DNA of 64,000 nt from Octopus sinensis (GCF_006345805.1 NC_043015.1:14818001-14882000); one strand, 5' to 3'; numbered from the stretch's first letter, positions 12,150 to 26,706 are shown. Program-made: numbers and translations. Notes: generated by a model not told the origin, from the letters alone.

Positions 12150-12900
12150 GTGGTATGCTTATGAGAATGATGCTCGGTTGAATTTGATATTTCCTGGTGT
12201 TGCTGATAAGAGGAGAAATAGTAGATGTGGTAGATGCAGTAGTTACAATTTAAAGTCTGCTATTATGGAGCCAGGATTCTATGTGATTTAAATAAGGTTT
12301 GAAGTAACTGTGCAGCAATATTTGGAGAATAATGTGAGAATGGTATCATCTGTGTATGAGGTTGTCAGTATGTTTTATGAAGATATGGGAAGGCTGTAGA
12401 GGTATTGGCTGAGAAAAAGTTGAGTGAGAGAGCAGATCTCTGTGTTACTCAATTTGTGAAATTAAAGGGTCTGCATGGTGGTCTGAAAGGTAGTTTACTA
12501 ACAGTTTTTTTTCTGTCTCTGCCTTAAAGTGGTATTGATACATTTTGTATAAGTGAATAGTGGGGAACAGAGTTGAAAGTTTTGCTGATGTTAATAATTA
12601 TTAGAATAGTGTATATGAAAGGATACTTTGTATTCTTTTGTGTTAGATATGTAAGCAATGTAGTGGTTGAGTGTATTGGTCTCAGTCTATGTTCCTTTAC
12701 AGAGAGAGAGTGATGTGGGAGTTTGTGATGGTAAAGATTAGCCTGTCTAGATTTTTAAAGGTGTGTAAGGGAGAATGTTAACTATCTATGATTTGACTTC
12801 ACTTGAGTTTTTGTTAGGTTCGTAACAATAGTTAGATGTTTCTTCAGTGTTGTGAGCTGTCTCCAAATTCAATATTTAAAGAATATATAGTTCTATTCTA
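12150..12900 (-). mobile_element. Decayed non-LTR retrotransposon RT fragment
   Basis: Minus strand gives VTQRSALS (GVPQGS motif, about 12426-12450) and YTDD (12345-12356), with stops and frameshifts. Confidence 0.65.
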
Positions 12901-13117
12901 TCCAAAACCACATAGGAAACAGAATTGTTATATGTACATTGAAAGTCAACAATAATTAGATGTAGTCGATATTAATAGAGTTGCTGATCAATTAACTTCA
13001 AAAAGGGAGAGAAAAAAATTATACTCTTAGAAAATCTGAATTGTTTTAACCTGAAAGAAATAATACAGAGGTCACTGAAAGATGAAATAACTATTTTTTT
13101 TTTGGTTTGTGTTGTCA

Positions 13118-13123
13118 TCGTAG

Positions 13124-13154
<31 letters not shown>

Positions 13155-15510
13155 TTAATGTCCACGTTCCATGCTGGCTAGGGTTTGATGATTTGACAGG
13201 ATCTGAGGATCCAAAGACTGCATCATTCTCAAGTGTCTACTTTAGCATGGTTTCTACAGTTGGATACCCTCCCTAGTTATCAACCACTTTACTGCATGTA
13301 ATATATGCTTTTTTTTCATGCCACCAGCAACCAGTTACCATGCAACTTCTAAAATTATGATCCCTGAAGGGAATGACTTTACACTAGAAGATGATGAGTC
13401 AAAGTATCTGAGAAGAAGCCAGAGCAAAACAGGTCTCTTTCTGTAGAGAAGCTTACATGGCTACTCATGTTTTAGGAGTGATTGGGTGGATCTGGAAATA
13501 GATAAAAATAGTGGTGATGAGGTATTTGAGTGTACCCTCAAGGTACAAGGTCAGTAAAAGTGAATGTGGACAGAAAAACTAGGACTGTGGATATGCAGAG
13601 TTTGCAAAATTGTGCAGGAGAGTGAGAAATGAGGAATGGGTGATGGGGTGAATATAATGAATGAAGAACAAGTGTTGTTTGATAAGTAGGGAAAAGTAGG
13701 TGACAACTGTAGAGACTAGGTAGGGTTGAGGGATGGATGTAGTGAGTGATAGATAAGGGGAGGGATAACTAATGTTATATATGAGTTTGGGGAGGTAGAG
13801 GAGTGTAGAAGATGACTGCTTGTGCAGAAAAATAGGGTGATGAAGAGCAGCAGAATAGTACTTATCAAGGGAAGGATGAGAGAGGGAGAGAGGTGATGTA
13901 TGGTTGGGTAGGTTGCAAGAATGTGGAGAGAGGGAGAGAAGCAGACATACTGCATAGAACGAGTGAGAAATGTTTGGTGTGATGTAGAGAAGGAGAGATA
14001 ATTTGGTGGGTTTGGAGATGAGCAGTGTAAAATGACAGTATTAAGAATGAATGATGGACATCAAGTGAAACAGTTCAAGATAGTGAGGAAGATAAGTGGT
14101 ATCAAAGAAAAGCTGAAGTTACAGAGACAATGGGTGGTAGGGGGTTCTTAAGAAGGAAATTAGGTGAAGGATCCACTTGTGTGCACACACACACACACAT
14201 GCACACACAGCACTTCCAGAAACTCATTTACAGCAAATTGGGTGGGTTTTATTGTGCACCACATGTTGCCAGTCATTGTGTTCCTCTATTATCTCCTCCA
14301 TGAGGTTTGAGGTCCTGAGAACAGCCTTCACCACTTCATCCCATGTCTTCTCTCTATCTCTCTCAAGTTTAATCCACATTAAATGGGCAGCACATTTTTA
14401 TGTAGCTGTGCTGTCCTTGTCTAATTCATGTCACACATCCATGTCAACTCTTCCGTCTTTCTAGCAAACTATATCTGATTCCTCTTATCCACAGAACATT
14501 TCCTCCCAGAACATTTATACTGCCATTCATGAACACTTATATTGTGCATCTGATGGAGCATGTTTACTTCATTTCTTTTCAATCTTCTCAAATTCTCTGT
14601 GTTCAAGGCATATGTCTTACTACCATGCAGTATTGCAGTTCTAATACAAGCATCAAACAGTATGCTCTTCACTCTAAAGTAGTAGCTTCCTGAACTTTTT
14701 CTGACCTAGCTATTATACATTCAGAGCAAAGCTATGAATCACGAGTGAGCCATCCACAGCCATTTAAGAGAATCTATTTCCAGTGTGCTCATAGTATGTA
14801 CTACTCCAGTGCATCTATCACATATGAAACTTTCCTTCTGTAATCGTCTACTTGATTCCACATCTCTTGTGTGTCCATAGTTTACTTTAGACACATGACA
14901 CATGGAGTTTATATCTACTCCTTTTCTACATATCAGATGTGGCCATTTCCCTGAAGATACAAGGGCTTTGTCTTCTTTTCTACTGACTTTTCATTTTCAT
15001 TCTTACTAAGTTTATCTTAAGACTTCTTGGTTCTGGGTTTAGTCCTTGCCTGGAATTTTCTCTGTAATTCCACTTTAGATTCAGCTATAAAAACTAGATC
15101 ATCAGCATGTAGAAGTTGCCATGGATAACCATTCTTAAACTCCTCTGTGATAGTCTGCAGGATTATAATGAACAGAAGAGGACTGAGCCTTGATGGACTC
15201 TACCCTCATGCTAAATTCCTCACTGAAATTATTGTTGACTCTGACCTTACTTAATGCATCTTTGCAAATAGCTTGTACAACACTCACAAGCCACTCATCT
15301 ACACCTTCTTTGCTTAGTGACCACCAAATTACTGAACATAGTATCCTGTCAAATGCTTTCTCTCAGTCAATAAATGCTAGGTGTAGTGGTTTACTCTTAG
15401 CCAAGTATTTCTCCTACTGCTGCCTCATTATGAAGATTGTATCAATAGTACCTCATCTAGTCATGAAACTAAACTTCATCTCATTTAAGTCTACTCTGTT
15501 ATAAATCAGT
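13118..15510 (-). mobile_element. 5'-truncated RTE LINE (RT, PHD-like insert, C-terminus, about 1-kb C/T-rich 3'UTR, tail)
   Basis: Minus strand gives HQGSVLSPLLFII, PWQLLHADDLV (HADD at 15098-15109 in place of YADD), WTHKRC and LFDACIRTAILHGSKT. (ATC)n tail at about 13120-13155. Inactive. Confidence 0.85.
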
Positions 15511-15989
15511 TTTGCTATGACTCTCTCTCTCTCTCTCTCTCTCCCCCACCCTCTCTCTTTTCTTCTCTCTCCTCTTCATAACCTGATCCAATAATTTGAT
15601 ACTTCTATAACTTGCTCTCTTCTTTGCCTTTAGCAGTTTACGGTGATACTACCTTGTTGAATAGCACAAATAAAAAACTTTTATAAATTATTTTGTACCA
15701 AGAGAAAATCATATTTTCACTCTGGTTAACCAGTTGCATATGACCAAGGCTATTACTGCTGTCAGAATTGCTATAGAAGGTGTATTTCCAGTTGTGTCCA
15801 GCTTTCCATCCATGATGCTAATAGCTTTGGTAAAGCTGGTGGCTGATTATATGGAAAATACTTAACAGTAGTAATAGAGTGGAGTTTTCACTTGTTTTAC
15901 TGATAACTGAGAATATGCCATCAATAAAAGAGATGGGTTTTCTTGTGAGATTGATTCAGAGGCACATGTATGACGCATGTAATCTTGTG

Positions 15990-16780
15990 ATTATACTGTT
16001 AGTAGTCAATAAAACTTATATCAGTAAAGAACCACATTCTAAAGAATACTGCAGTAATAATTACAACGAAAATTTAAATTTTGGACATAGAATTACCAAA
16101 GGTTTTGTATCCACAAAGCCAAAGCCTTGTGGACAGCTTATCAGACTCTATACAAAGACAAAAAATCTTAACTTCCTACATCGCAGTATGAGGAAACATT
16201 CAGAAATCAAGATTTAAGTCTTAACATATAAAAATGTTAATGAGGGCAGGTTGTCTACCCCTCAACCAGGGAATAAAACAACCCTTATAGACCTGAAAAA
16301 GCCTAACCAGCAAACGGGGAGATCCAATTTTCCAGTAGGTAGCACTGTTCATTGCACAATATAAACTCCATCAGCAATGGTATTACTAACACCATCCTCA
16401 GGCTTGGAGCCTATCTGAGATATACCAGGTGTGCAAATATAGCTACATCCCAAGTTTGTAAATATATTGGATCAGCCAGTACGTCTTTCAAATGTTGCTT
16501 CTGTAACCACCGGTCATCCTTCAGAGTCCCAGAAAGATGGTTTGTCACGTCCCTGGCCCACTATGTGTGGCACCTCAAAGATCAAGGGACCCCATGTGAT
16601 ATCAGGTGGAAAATAATAGATCATCCAAGTCCATATATAAATGGGAGTGGCTGTTGTAAATCTGCATTGGGGGGAGAACCAAAATTCTTAAGGACTATAC
16701 CAAACCTGGTACGTTAAATAGTCGTAAAGAAGTTTTTCTAAATGTGCCCACTTCAAGCACTACCTACAGGAAAACACACG
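15990..16780 (+). mobile_element. Decayed Penelope-like element (GIY-YIG endonuclease region)
   Basis: KYIGSASTSFK...NHRSSF...TSLAHYVWHLKDQGTPCDIRWKII..PSPYING resembles the PLE GIY-YIG domain; disrupted. Confidence 0.7.
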
Positions 16781-18649
16781 TATACATGCATGTGTATGTG
16801 TTGTAAATATATATATGTGTGCACACACACACACACACACACATATGCACATGCATACAGTTGTAACTCCAACCCCATTATCTTTCTTACACATTGTTGC
16901 ATAGGAGACACCAATATATAAATCTAAAAACTTGTATAGATAAACATATAGTTGCTATCTATCAGACGCATATGCATTCATAATTCCACTAATCCAAAAT
17001 ATGCTTATATCTACAAGTTTTATCATGCTGCTGCCCTGAAAGTTTATCTGCATTGTGTGCGGAAAAAACATGTTCAAAGTTAAGTTAGCATTTACAGTGT
17101 AATTGTATTGATCTCTTTGATGTCATTTAACTCTGTTTTCCAGTCTCGGGATTTTTGTTTGTTTTTGTTAATCTTTTTTATCACAAAAGATAAATTAGTA
17201 TATAGACAAAGAATTTCTTTCCTCTGTTGCTCTTTGATTCTGGTTTATTAATTGATATGAGGTGCGAAGCTTCTTCCTAAATATATAGCAGTGAGCATCT
17301 GAATTTCAAATTTGATTTCAGTGCTGCTTCTTTAAGAAAATGGTGCAGTGTTCTGTTTCATTGGTCTTTTTTACAAAATATGTATGATAAATATGATAGA
17401 ATAAATATCATATCCGAGATCTTTCTCCCCCTATTTTCCCTCATAATTACACGAATATTAGATTTATTGAAAGAAGTTGCTATTTTGTAATTCTGCTTTG
17501 CTGATTGATCTATTACCATACTGCTTTTTTATATTCTCAAATATTTCAAACTTGAATGGATACAAAAATAATTTTAACACCATCTTTAAATTATTTCATT
17601 GATTTTGCAAAATTTCTTTCGATAGATGTCTATCTTTTTTTTTCTTTGAATATTTTCATTTCAACAGTAAAAAGTTTTGGTTTGCACCATACCATTATTC
17701 CTCCATTCCAATGTATCCAATCTCCAAAAATTAGTTACTACTTCTTTTTTTGATTGATCGATTGATCTGATATCTCAGAAACTTCTACTGGAAAGGGCCA
17801 GTTAGGGAGTTTCTATTTTTTATTTGGTCATTCAGTTTCCTAGAAATAACAGCCAATTTTCCCTTAAATAGCATTCTGCCATCTTTGATACATTGAATAA
17901 TGTAGAATGAGATGTGTAATAGCTGAAAGAAAAGGATGGGCTAGTCACTGTTGGAATGCCTTTGATCATAGGTTTGCTCAATTAGGACTGACTTAGATTT
18001 AACTGTAACTGCTGAAGACCAGGAGTCCAAGTAGTTTATGAATGAGTGTTAAGCAAAATATTTTTCTTTGTTTTATGAAATATTTGGACATTTTATAGTT
18101 GTTTGGATAAGTTGGGTAAGTTCTAGTTTATACAAAAAGCAAAATCAGTTACATGAAAATCAAAACATAATACTTTCACACACATAAGCACATAACGACA
18201 CAATATCTTTTAGATATTGCTGGCTATAATAGTTAACAGTGTAAAAAACATTCATTAGTTGCAACATATAGAGAGAGGAAAAAAGTTTCTTTTGTTCTTA
18301 GCCATTAACGTTTTCGGTTAATATTAGATCAAATATCCAATCCGCTTATCTAAAAGAATGGGAAGAGGGTACTGCTTTTGTTTGTTTTTTTTATTTTTTA
18401 CTGATGTATCATAAAGAGAATTGTTTTGTTTGTTGTATTCATTGTTGAATACTCTTAAATGTAGAATTATATATGGTTTTAAAATAAAATCAATAACTGT
18501 TAGTGGGGATGTTGCTGTTACTCATATTTGTCTGAGGTGTTATCTACGGGGACAGCTGACGCTTTTCTTTGAATTATCATTGGACCCATACAAACTTGTG
18601 CAATTGAAGGTAAATCAATTTAAGATGAAACCCACTTGATGCTGTACAG

Positions 18650-19560
18650 CATGTTTTTTAGTGTTAAGCTTCAAAGCAACCCCAAAGACTCTAAATTTTC
18701 CTATCTTTTCTGGCATATCTTGAATTAGATTATTCAGTGTGTCCTTTTTGATTCCAAGTCAGTTAGATATAATTTGCTGGAGATTTGGCTCCTATCTCTT
18801 GCTGGTTGAATAGTTATGTATGAGTTCCCTTGCTGTCTCATGTAGCAGAGTATGGAAAGAGTTGAGTGTAGATTAGTTTTTGGTGGGTTTATTCAGTTTA
18901 TTATCATTCTGGCCAACTTGGAATCTCTTCTCTGTGTGCCAATTTGTTTGTTTACCAATTTATCTGTCAAATTCTTGCTTCTATTTCTACCCTCTATACC
19001 TAAGGTGTGGAATTATATTGCCAGCACCTTCAAATATTGGGATCAGTTTCATTATTTGTTTGTCAGGGAAGTGACAGCTTCCACAAACCCTTGTGGACCT
19101 CCTCAGATTGCTAATCTCTATGCATTTGATGTTTCTGTACACTGATGTTTACATGGCTAAGGAAGAATTCCAGAGAGCAGCTACTTCTGGTGGCAGGGAT
19201 TGGGAAAAGTGTTCAAAGTGGGGCCCGGGATGAAAGATAAGGCAGGATGTATGTTAGAAGGGTAACATAACTTTCTAGTTTAGAGAAACAGAAGTCATTG
19301 TAATTACAGCGGAATAGTTACAAAGAAGATTTAGAATGTCTGAATTGTGGAGTAATACTACTAGCTCAGACATATGTTTTAATTAAATATTGTTCTTCTG
19401 GGGTGAGTTTAAAATGTTTGTATATGTAATGGTAGTACCATCCAAGATAATTGAGCAGTTTTCCAATGTTGGTTTGATGATGACTTCAGCTATATAAAAG
19501 ACAACAATGGATCAAAGGTGAAGATTGTTCTATTCTTAAAGAGGAAGCCTAATTTTGGAG
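18650..19560 (-). mobile_element. Decayed CR1/Jockey-group LINE fragment
   Basis: Minus strand gives KLGFLFKNR and IKPTLENCSIILDG, matching the motif seen at about 31550 and 63410. Confidence 0.55.
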
Positions 19561-20019
19561 TTGCGTTTTTGTCCATCTTTTAGGTTACCACAAACAATGA
19601 TCTAAGACAGGAAGACCTAGTATTTGTTGTAATTTTGTGACCTTCATAACTGTATCTAGTTTATAGCTTGCTGTATAGTTTCCTCTCTCTAACCCTTTTG
19701 TTGCCAACCTGGCTGAAACTGGCTCTGGCTCTGAGTACAAATGTCTTGTTTTCGTAAGTTTTGAATTAAAATCTTCTACCAAACCTTAGTTACAATTTAT
19801 GTTCCTAGCACTAGCTGAATGATAACTAAGTTATTTTACTAAATTCTTTGTTATATTTAAAGTAATTGAAAGAAACACAAAGCATCTTAAAATGAATATG
19901 GTAACGAAAGGGTTAGGCATCTCCTTTGCCTTTGCAGCAGGTTTCAGTAACATTGCTTTGCCAATCGTTGGGTATGACATTTTCCAGTATATCTTAATTA
20001 ACTATTCAGGTTGTAATCA

Positions 20020-20430
20020 TGTATCCTACCTCACCAGATAATTGAGCATTTCTGCAACCAACTCTGATGGACCTGCAACTTTCTTTCGATTCATGCCCTT
20101 GATTGCTTTATCTACCACACTGCTGTCAGCTTGAATTGATGGTTCCTCAATTGGGTTGGCATGAGGTAGTCCCACTTTATCCCATGCATTCTCCATGTTC
20201 AACAGGCCCTCATAATAACACTTACACATCATTTTATTGTGTTCTCTATCAGTCATGAGTATGCCTTCATTATTCCAAAATACACTCCTCACCAATGACA
20301 TCTCATTTCTCTCTTACACAGTGTGTCACAATCCCAAACACTTCACACCAACATGTTTGTTGAAGTTGCCAGCCATTGTAGTTCTCATTGAGATTGTCAT
20401 TGAGCTATTGTAGTTGTCGTGGAGATTGTC
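20020..20430 (-). mobile_element. RTE LINE fragment (endonuclease remnant and EN-RT linker)
   Basis: AGNFNKHVG (GDFN motif) and YEGLLNMENAW...VDKAIKGM..KVAGPSELVAEML. Confidence 0.7.
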
Positions 20431-21179
20431 TGCAGAAGTGTCTCATGGACACGATCGTTCTATCCAATTGTCAATCCTTCTATTTATTTGTCATGTTGAA
20501 ACAGATATGGGTTGTCCTTTCTCCGTTGAGATTTGTTTACAATGTTTGTGTTGATGAAAACAAGGCATGTGTGATGTTTAAATTTGGTGAGGATGATGCA
20601 TGTGTGTTGAATGTTTAAGTGACATAACGATTCGTATCATCTGCAGTTGGTAAAGAAAAAGAGTAGGTTATTAATGAAATAATTTGAAGGGATCAATATT
20701 CTTGATTTATCTCTACCAAATCTTGTTCCAACTCCCTGTTGAGAAGAATCAGTGTTGCACATCTTACTGGGATAATTTTTCACAAAAATAATGTGCTTCA
20801 GTATTTTAAGTCTTTTTTTTTCCTTTTACATAGAATTATCTCCCCTATATCTTTAACATAAGGAGCCTGCATGTTATCTTTACTCCATTATGGTTTATGA
20901 TTAATGCTATGTCCCAACTGAGTTATTTACTAACATGGCATTGTTTACCTTTTAATTTCTTTCATATTGGTGGGTTAATTTCCCTTGATCATATTTATTA
21001 AATTAGTTAGTTGTATTTCTTCCACTTTTACTGTTTCTCATTTTTTATTATATCCTTATCAACAAGTATGATGGAAGTTAATTTTACTTTCAATATCAAC
21101 ATATGATGTTCAAATTTTATTCTATCCTCCCTTCTCTCACCTCACCACACTAGTTTGATGCTACAGCAGTGTTGAGTAC

Positions 21180-21260
21180 AAATTAAAATTATCATGAAGC
21201 AAACTAAAATAATTTTGATCAAATTAAAATAATCTTGAAACAAATTAAAATAATTTGAAG
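21180..21260. repeat. AT-rich minisatellite, 4 x about 20-21 bp
   Basis: caaattaaaataat(c/t)ttga-like unit repeated four times. Confidence 0.75.
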
Positions 21261-21670
21261 TGAATTAATTTTTTTTAAATTAAATAATGCCATCAGACTA
21301 TGTTTCTGATATTTTTATCTAACAATTAATAATTTACAGTTTTAATTTTAACTTGCAACATTTCTTAAAAAAACTATTGAAATCTCTTTCATGAGTTTAT
21401 AGGAATAGTTTATTCTGAAAATGCAAGACACTTTTATTCTGGCTGTAAATGCACTTGCTTCAATGAAGTTCCTCTTCTGTTGAGATGATTTGCTATATAT
21501 TTTATTAGGACACCAGCAGACACTCCATATGATGAATGTGAATGTTTGCAAAGATACTTCAATGTTAATTGTGGGCATTTATTCAACTATTAAATAGTTG
21601 ACTCAATATTTCTATTTCTTACCTTCTTGACTTTGTCACTTATGTCTTTGTGGTGTAAATCTGATGTATG

Positions 21671-21701
<31 letters not shown>

Positions 21702-22097
21702 GTGTGTGGTGGGGAGATGCTCATGTCTCCTTGTCTTGACATCTGTTAGGAACTGACAACAAACATCAACATTATATATAAGCAGTGTCATTCATTTGTG
21801 ATCTTCCTTGAGCACATTGTCAGCTATTGTGCTGATTGTATGTGTGTATATTTTATATATATTTGTAAAATGTGTGTATATTTTAAATATATATTTGTAA
21901 AATGTATCTTATATATATGTATATATATATATATTATATATATATATATCTGTGTGCGTATCTATCTATGCATTTATCAGTATGTATGTATCTGTGTGCA
22001 TGTGTGTATTTATGTAAATAAAGCTACTTTCACAAACAACACTAAAAATACTTGGTTTGATATATATTTCACCATTTTCTGTTTGTCTTTCTTTTAG

Positions 22098-22187
22098 GGT
22101 TTACCATTTAGTCTGTTGTCTGTTACCATTGTTAATGTCATCTTTGCCTTTTATTGGGGATAACTATGGACCTGCTGGTGCTTGGTG
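22098..22187 (+). CDS. GPCR exon C (W-VYHLVCCLLPLLMSSLPFIGDNYGPAGAW-C; TM4/ECL2)
   Basis: Acceptor ctttcttttag, donor TG|gtaagt; 90 nt, phase 2 to 2. YHL..P and YGPAGAWCW are typical of the Dicty_CAR/GCR1-like family. Confidence 0.93.
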
Positions 22188-22836
22188 GTAAGTATTTTTA
22201 TCTGATTTATATTGAAATGTTATTTTGAACTTTTTTTCCTCTAAAAAGAAAAGTTTTTAATCTGTATCCATCTTGTCACTATTTAGCTTAGTGAGACGTA
22301 TTGATTTAGCTGTGGTTATGTAATGTTTGATGCTTTAGTGGCATTCAAAGTGTGTTGCATTTTCTTTGACTGGAAGTAAAGAAACTTGAAAAGAGTATAG
22401 GTAAAGGCTATTTGCTCAAAAGTCTGCTTTACAACTAAATGATTCCAGGTTTGATTCCACTACAGAGCATCTTCTCTAATGTCTTTGACTGTTGTCTCAG
22501 CTTTGCCAATGCCTCATAAGTGAAATGTAGCAGAATGAGACAGTACTGATACCTAACTTATCTCTCTCTGTGTTTATGTAGTAGAATTAGAAATGTAGTG
22601 TATATATTAAAAAGTGAACTAGAATGATTTTTCAGATAATCATTTTCTACTTTAATGATTAGATGTTTACAAATCGTTGCAGTAAATTTCTTTCTTTTTT
22701 TTTTTTCTACAGTAATCAGAGATTTTGGAAAAAAACTTCTGATCACTGAAAAAAACAGTCATGACGATTTATAAACATCTAATCATTTAAGTGGAAAATA
22801 ATCACCAGAAAAGTCATTCTTCTTCACTTTTTAATA

Positions 22837-23470
<634 letters not shown>

Positions 23471-25921
23471 CTCTTGCACAGATGTGTGTGTATGTCCATT
23501 TTGGCACAAAGAATTAAATGAATAGAGAGAGAATATTGTACAGTTTTATCATTTTGGTTGAATACTTAAAACTTCACTGACTGTTACTCTGAGATTCACA
23601 TTTCCAATCTTTGAATAGCAGTGTTGGACTGGGTACAAAGACCCATATACACACACACATATATATACGGAATTGCAGTATATGGTTATATTGATTAACA
23701 AGAAGCAAAGATGAATTGATATATTAATGTATATTAATGTTGTAAGGTGTTGTGTTAATGTTGAAAATATAATGAAGGCAGTCAGCAATGTATTAACATA
23801 AATAGTAGTTAATATTTGTATAGCTTTTTATTGTGAAGTAAGAATAAAAGTGAGAAAGAGGGAAGGGAAACAGATTGCCATTAAGATAAATAATAATTAG
23901 TTGATCAAAGGAAGTATAACTTTTCTGTAACTGTATTAGTATCGTTTTTTTTGTTGTTTTTTCTTCTTCTTTTTTGTCCATTCCTGTCTCACATTTCTGT
24001 CTGTAAATATATGCATTTCATAAAGGTCCATACCTATTTCCATATCTTCATGGATATAGTCATGCATGCACTCACACACACAGACATTTGCACATTTTAT
24101 GGTTTTGGTTGCAAATGTTCCTACAGTTGTGCATACATTTGCATACCCATTTCTTGTTCTTCATATTCATGCTTGACTCTTTGACACACATACACACACA
24201 CACTCAGACATATTACATATCCCCACCACACACACATACACACACACGTGCATGTTACACAATCATACAAACTCACATTACACACCAACTCACATTGCAC
24301 ATGCGTGCATGCACACACACACACACACACATACCACCTCACATTGCATACTTACACATACATTCCTTTATATCCAAATACGTTCAATAAATGACTAAAA
24401 ACCCATTTGAATATAAGACTGATAGAATGATGCATATTAAAAAAAATATTGGGAAATTATATAAGTTACATTAAGATGATGAAACAGTGGACTAAACTGG
24501 ATGGGTGATACAGAAGAAATGGTAGTAGTTGCCAAATCAATGCTTTGTTAATACCAATTCCTTTTACTCAATGGCTATTCACTTCACTTCACCTAGATCA
24601 CTCTTCATATTTAATCCTTTTTGCCTTCATCTTCTTAAATCATTTCATTTCTAATCCATTTTTAAAATTTATTTTGATTTATTTTACAATTTCTGCAATT
24701 TGACATTTTATGAATTTTTCAGATATTTTATATTTTAATAAAATTATAATTTTTCATCACATCTTTTTTATAAGATAAAGAAAAAAAATCAGTTTCATCA
24801 TATGTATCATTTCTTAATATTCATCAGTCATTACCATTTATTCTCCATTTGTCACCAATCCACTTCATTTCATCGTTCCATGATTTTAATGCAATTTATG
24901 TAATTCTTTCATTTTTTTAATACATATTTTTTGTCTTGTTAATCAATTTAGCCATATAACACTATGCCTTACAATTTTTGCCCCAATATTTTAAGTGTTT
25001 TTTTCTTTTATTATATTTTGATATTTTTTTATAGTTTTTGTTATTATTTTTAAAAAAATTTAATATATTTCTATGTCTCTAACAGCAATTCACAAATGTA
25101 TTGGGCACATGCAAAATACAATCTGCATTATATTCAAACATTTTTGTGGATTTTTTGTTTCTGGAAGAGGCTGTATGTATTATATGTAGTCACTCCAACA
25201 TTCACTGCTGTCTGAAGATCAGAAATGTGAAACTCATAGTTAGGCATATGAAACTCTCAACTTACCATAAAGTACACATACACATGTATGCCTGTGTTTG
25301 TGTATATCAGTGCAAATATCTTGTACTATTTTGATTCTGGAAAAAGATGTAGTTCTTTAAAAGGACTTAACTTATGGAACTCACCCATTTTAGATAGATA
25401 AAATTATTACTGGGCTAAGTAACCAGATCAATACAATTTACTAAATCCTCTGAAGGTGATGTCCTAGTATAGCCGCAATCCAGTGACTGAAACCAGTAAA
25501 AGAGTATAATATGTTCATCAATATCTTCAGCTATTGTTTGCTTATAGAACATACTGTCTGAATGTAGCAAACTATAGCAGATTTGAATCCTATTTTAACC
25601 TTTCAACTCACTTCATCTAAATTTATCCATTGTGTTTTCAATGACCATATTGTCTGTTAAAAATTCACCTAAGTAATTAATTCAATATACTTTTGGGAAT
25701 GAACTAGACAATTGATTTTATTTGATGTTTGTTTAGTTTTAATCATTATTGTGTGCGCCATTTAGCTGTTTGGAGTTTCTATGTCTTCTGAAACTGTTTC
25801 TTGCAAGAGATTAGAAACAAATACTTAAATACTTTCCTCCAGAATTGTGTGACTCTGTGTATTGGTAACTGTATATAAATATGTTACATGTCATTGGTAT
25901 ATGTGAACTATCTTCTCATTA

Positions 25922-25963
<42 letters not shown>

Positions 25964-26139
25964 CATTAGAAGTTATTTATGTGAGTATATTCTTTTAATA
26001 GGAGATAGGAACATGGCCTGTAACAATTATAGTGATATCATGAGTGGGAAGAGATGTAGTTAGCTAGTTCAAAAGGATACCATTTTAGGAGCAACAGAAT
26101 AGGCAGGGAGAAGAGTGTATGAAGCAGCAACACTTTCTC

Positions 26140-26348
26140 ACAATTCTGTCAAATGTCATACTTATTTATTTACATCTTTTAAAGCTAGTCATGTATTATC
26201 ATGTAGCTTTGAGATTTTGAAGATGTGATTGTTTAGTTTTAGAATCACATTGCAGGATATATGTGAGAAGCTGGATTTGCCCAGTTTGAACATAAAACAG
26301 GTGTAATACTTGTGCTGGATATGGTTGGTTTAAATGCTAAAGGGTTAA
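26140..26348. mobile_element. piggyBac-type MITE, right end intact
   Basis: Ends ...ggtttaaatgctaaaggg followed by TTAA; the left end is eroded. Confidence 0.55.
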
Positions 26349-26670
26349 AGTCATTGAAATTGTTCTGGTAAAAATATATTGAAGTTAAGAAAGTCTTACA
26401 AAAGAAAATATCTTGTTCTTAGTTTGAACTTCAGTATTATACAAATTTAAATGTTGAAACATTGAAATTCAGAAAGTCTAGACAGAGTAAATGTAGTCAA
26501 CCAATTAAAGCAAATATGAGCAAAGAAAATCTTTGAGAGATAATTCTTTTCAATGGTGAAGATTATATAACAATATCTAATACCATGAGAGAATATAACT
26601 TTCCAAAACATCCATATGTGTTAGTGAAATATCAGTAATTACAATAAAATATATTTTGTTTTGTTTGCAG

Positions 26671-26706
26671 CTGGATCGTTGAAAACTGGAAGTGGAGAGT
26701 TGGCAT
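26671..26706 (+). CDS. GPCR exon D, 36-nt small exon (C-WIVENWKWRVG-I)
   Basis: Acceptor ttttgtttgcag, donor AT|gtaagt; phase 2 to 2; completes the WCWI motif. Confidence 0.88.

Noticed and set aside
15117-15131. X-box-like GTTGCCATGGATAAC
   Set aside because: It lies inside RTE RT coding sequence (PWQLL) and deviates in the right half-site; explained by the element.
19075-19112. Minus-strand CTGAGGA followed by a 7-bp hairpin (hammerhead-like)
   Set aside because: The GAAA core after stem II is absent, and it lies in a decayed LINE.
20248-20301. VRSVFWNNEGILMTD resembling mariner VFWD.EGI
   Set aside because: It continues in frame into RTE linker sequence (YEGLLNMENAW), so it is better explained as RTE.
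25205-25250. Hammerhead-like relic: CTGAAGA...GAAA-CTCATAG-TT
   Set aside because: The core and a 3-bp stem III are present, but stems I and II do not pair. By rough estimate about one such partial match is expected by chance in this window. An Infernal search with hammerhead models would settle it.
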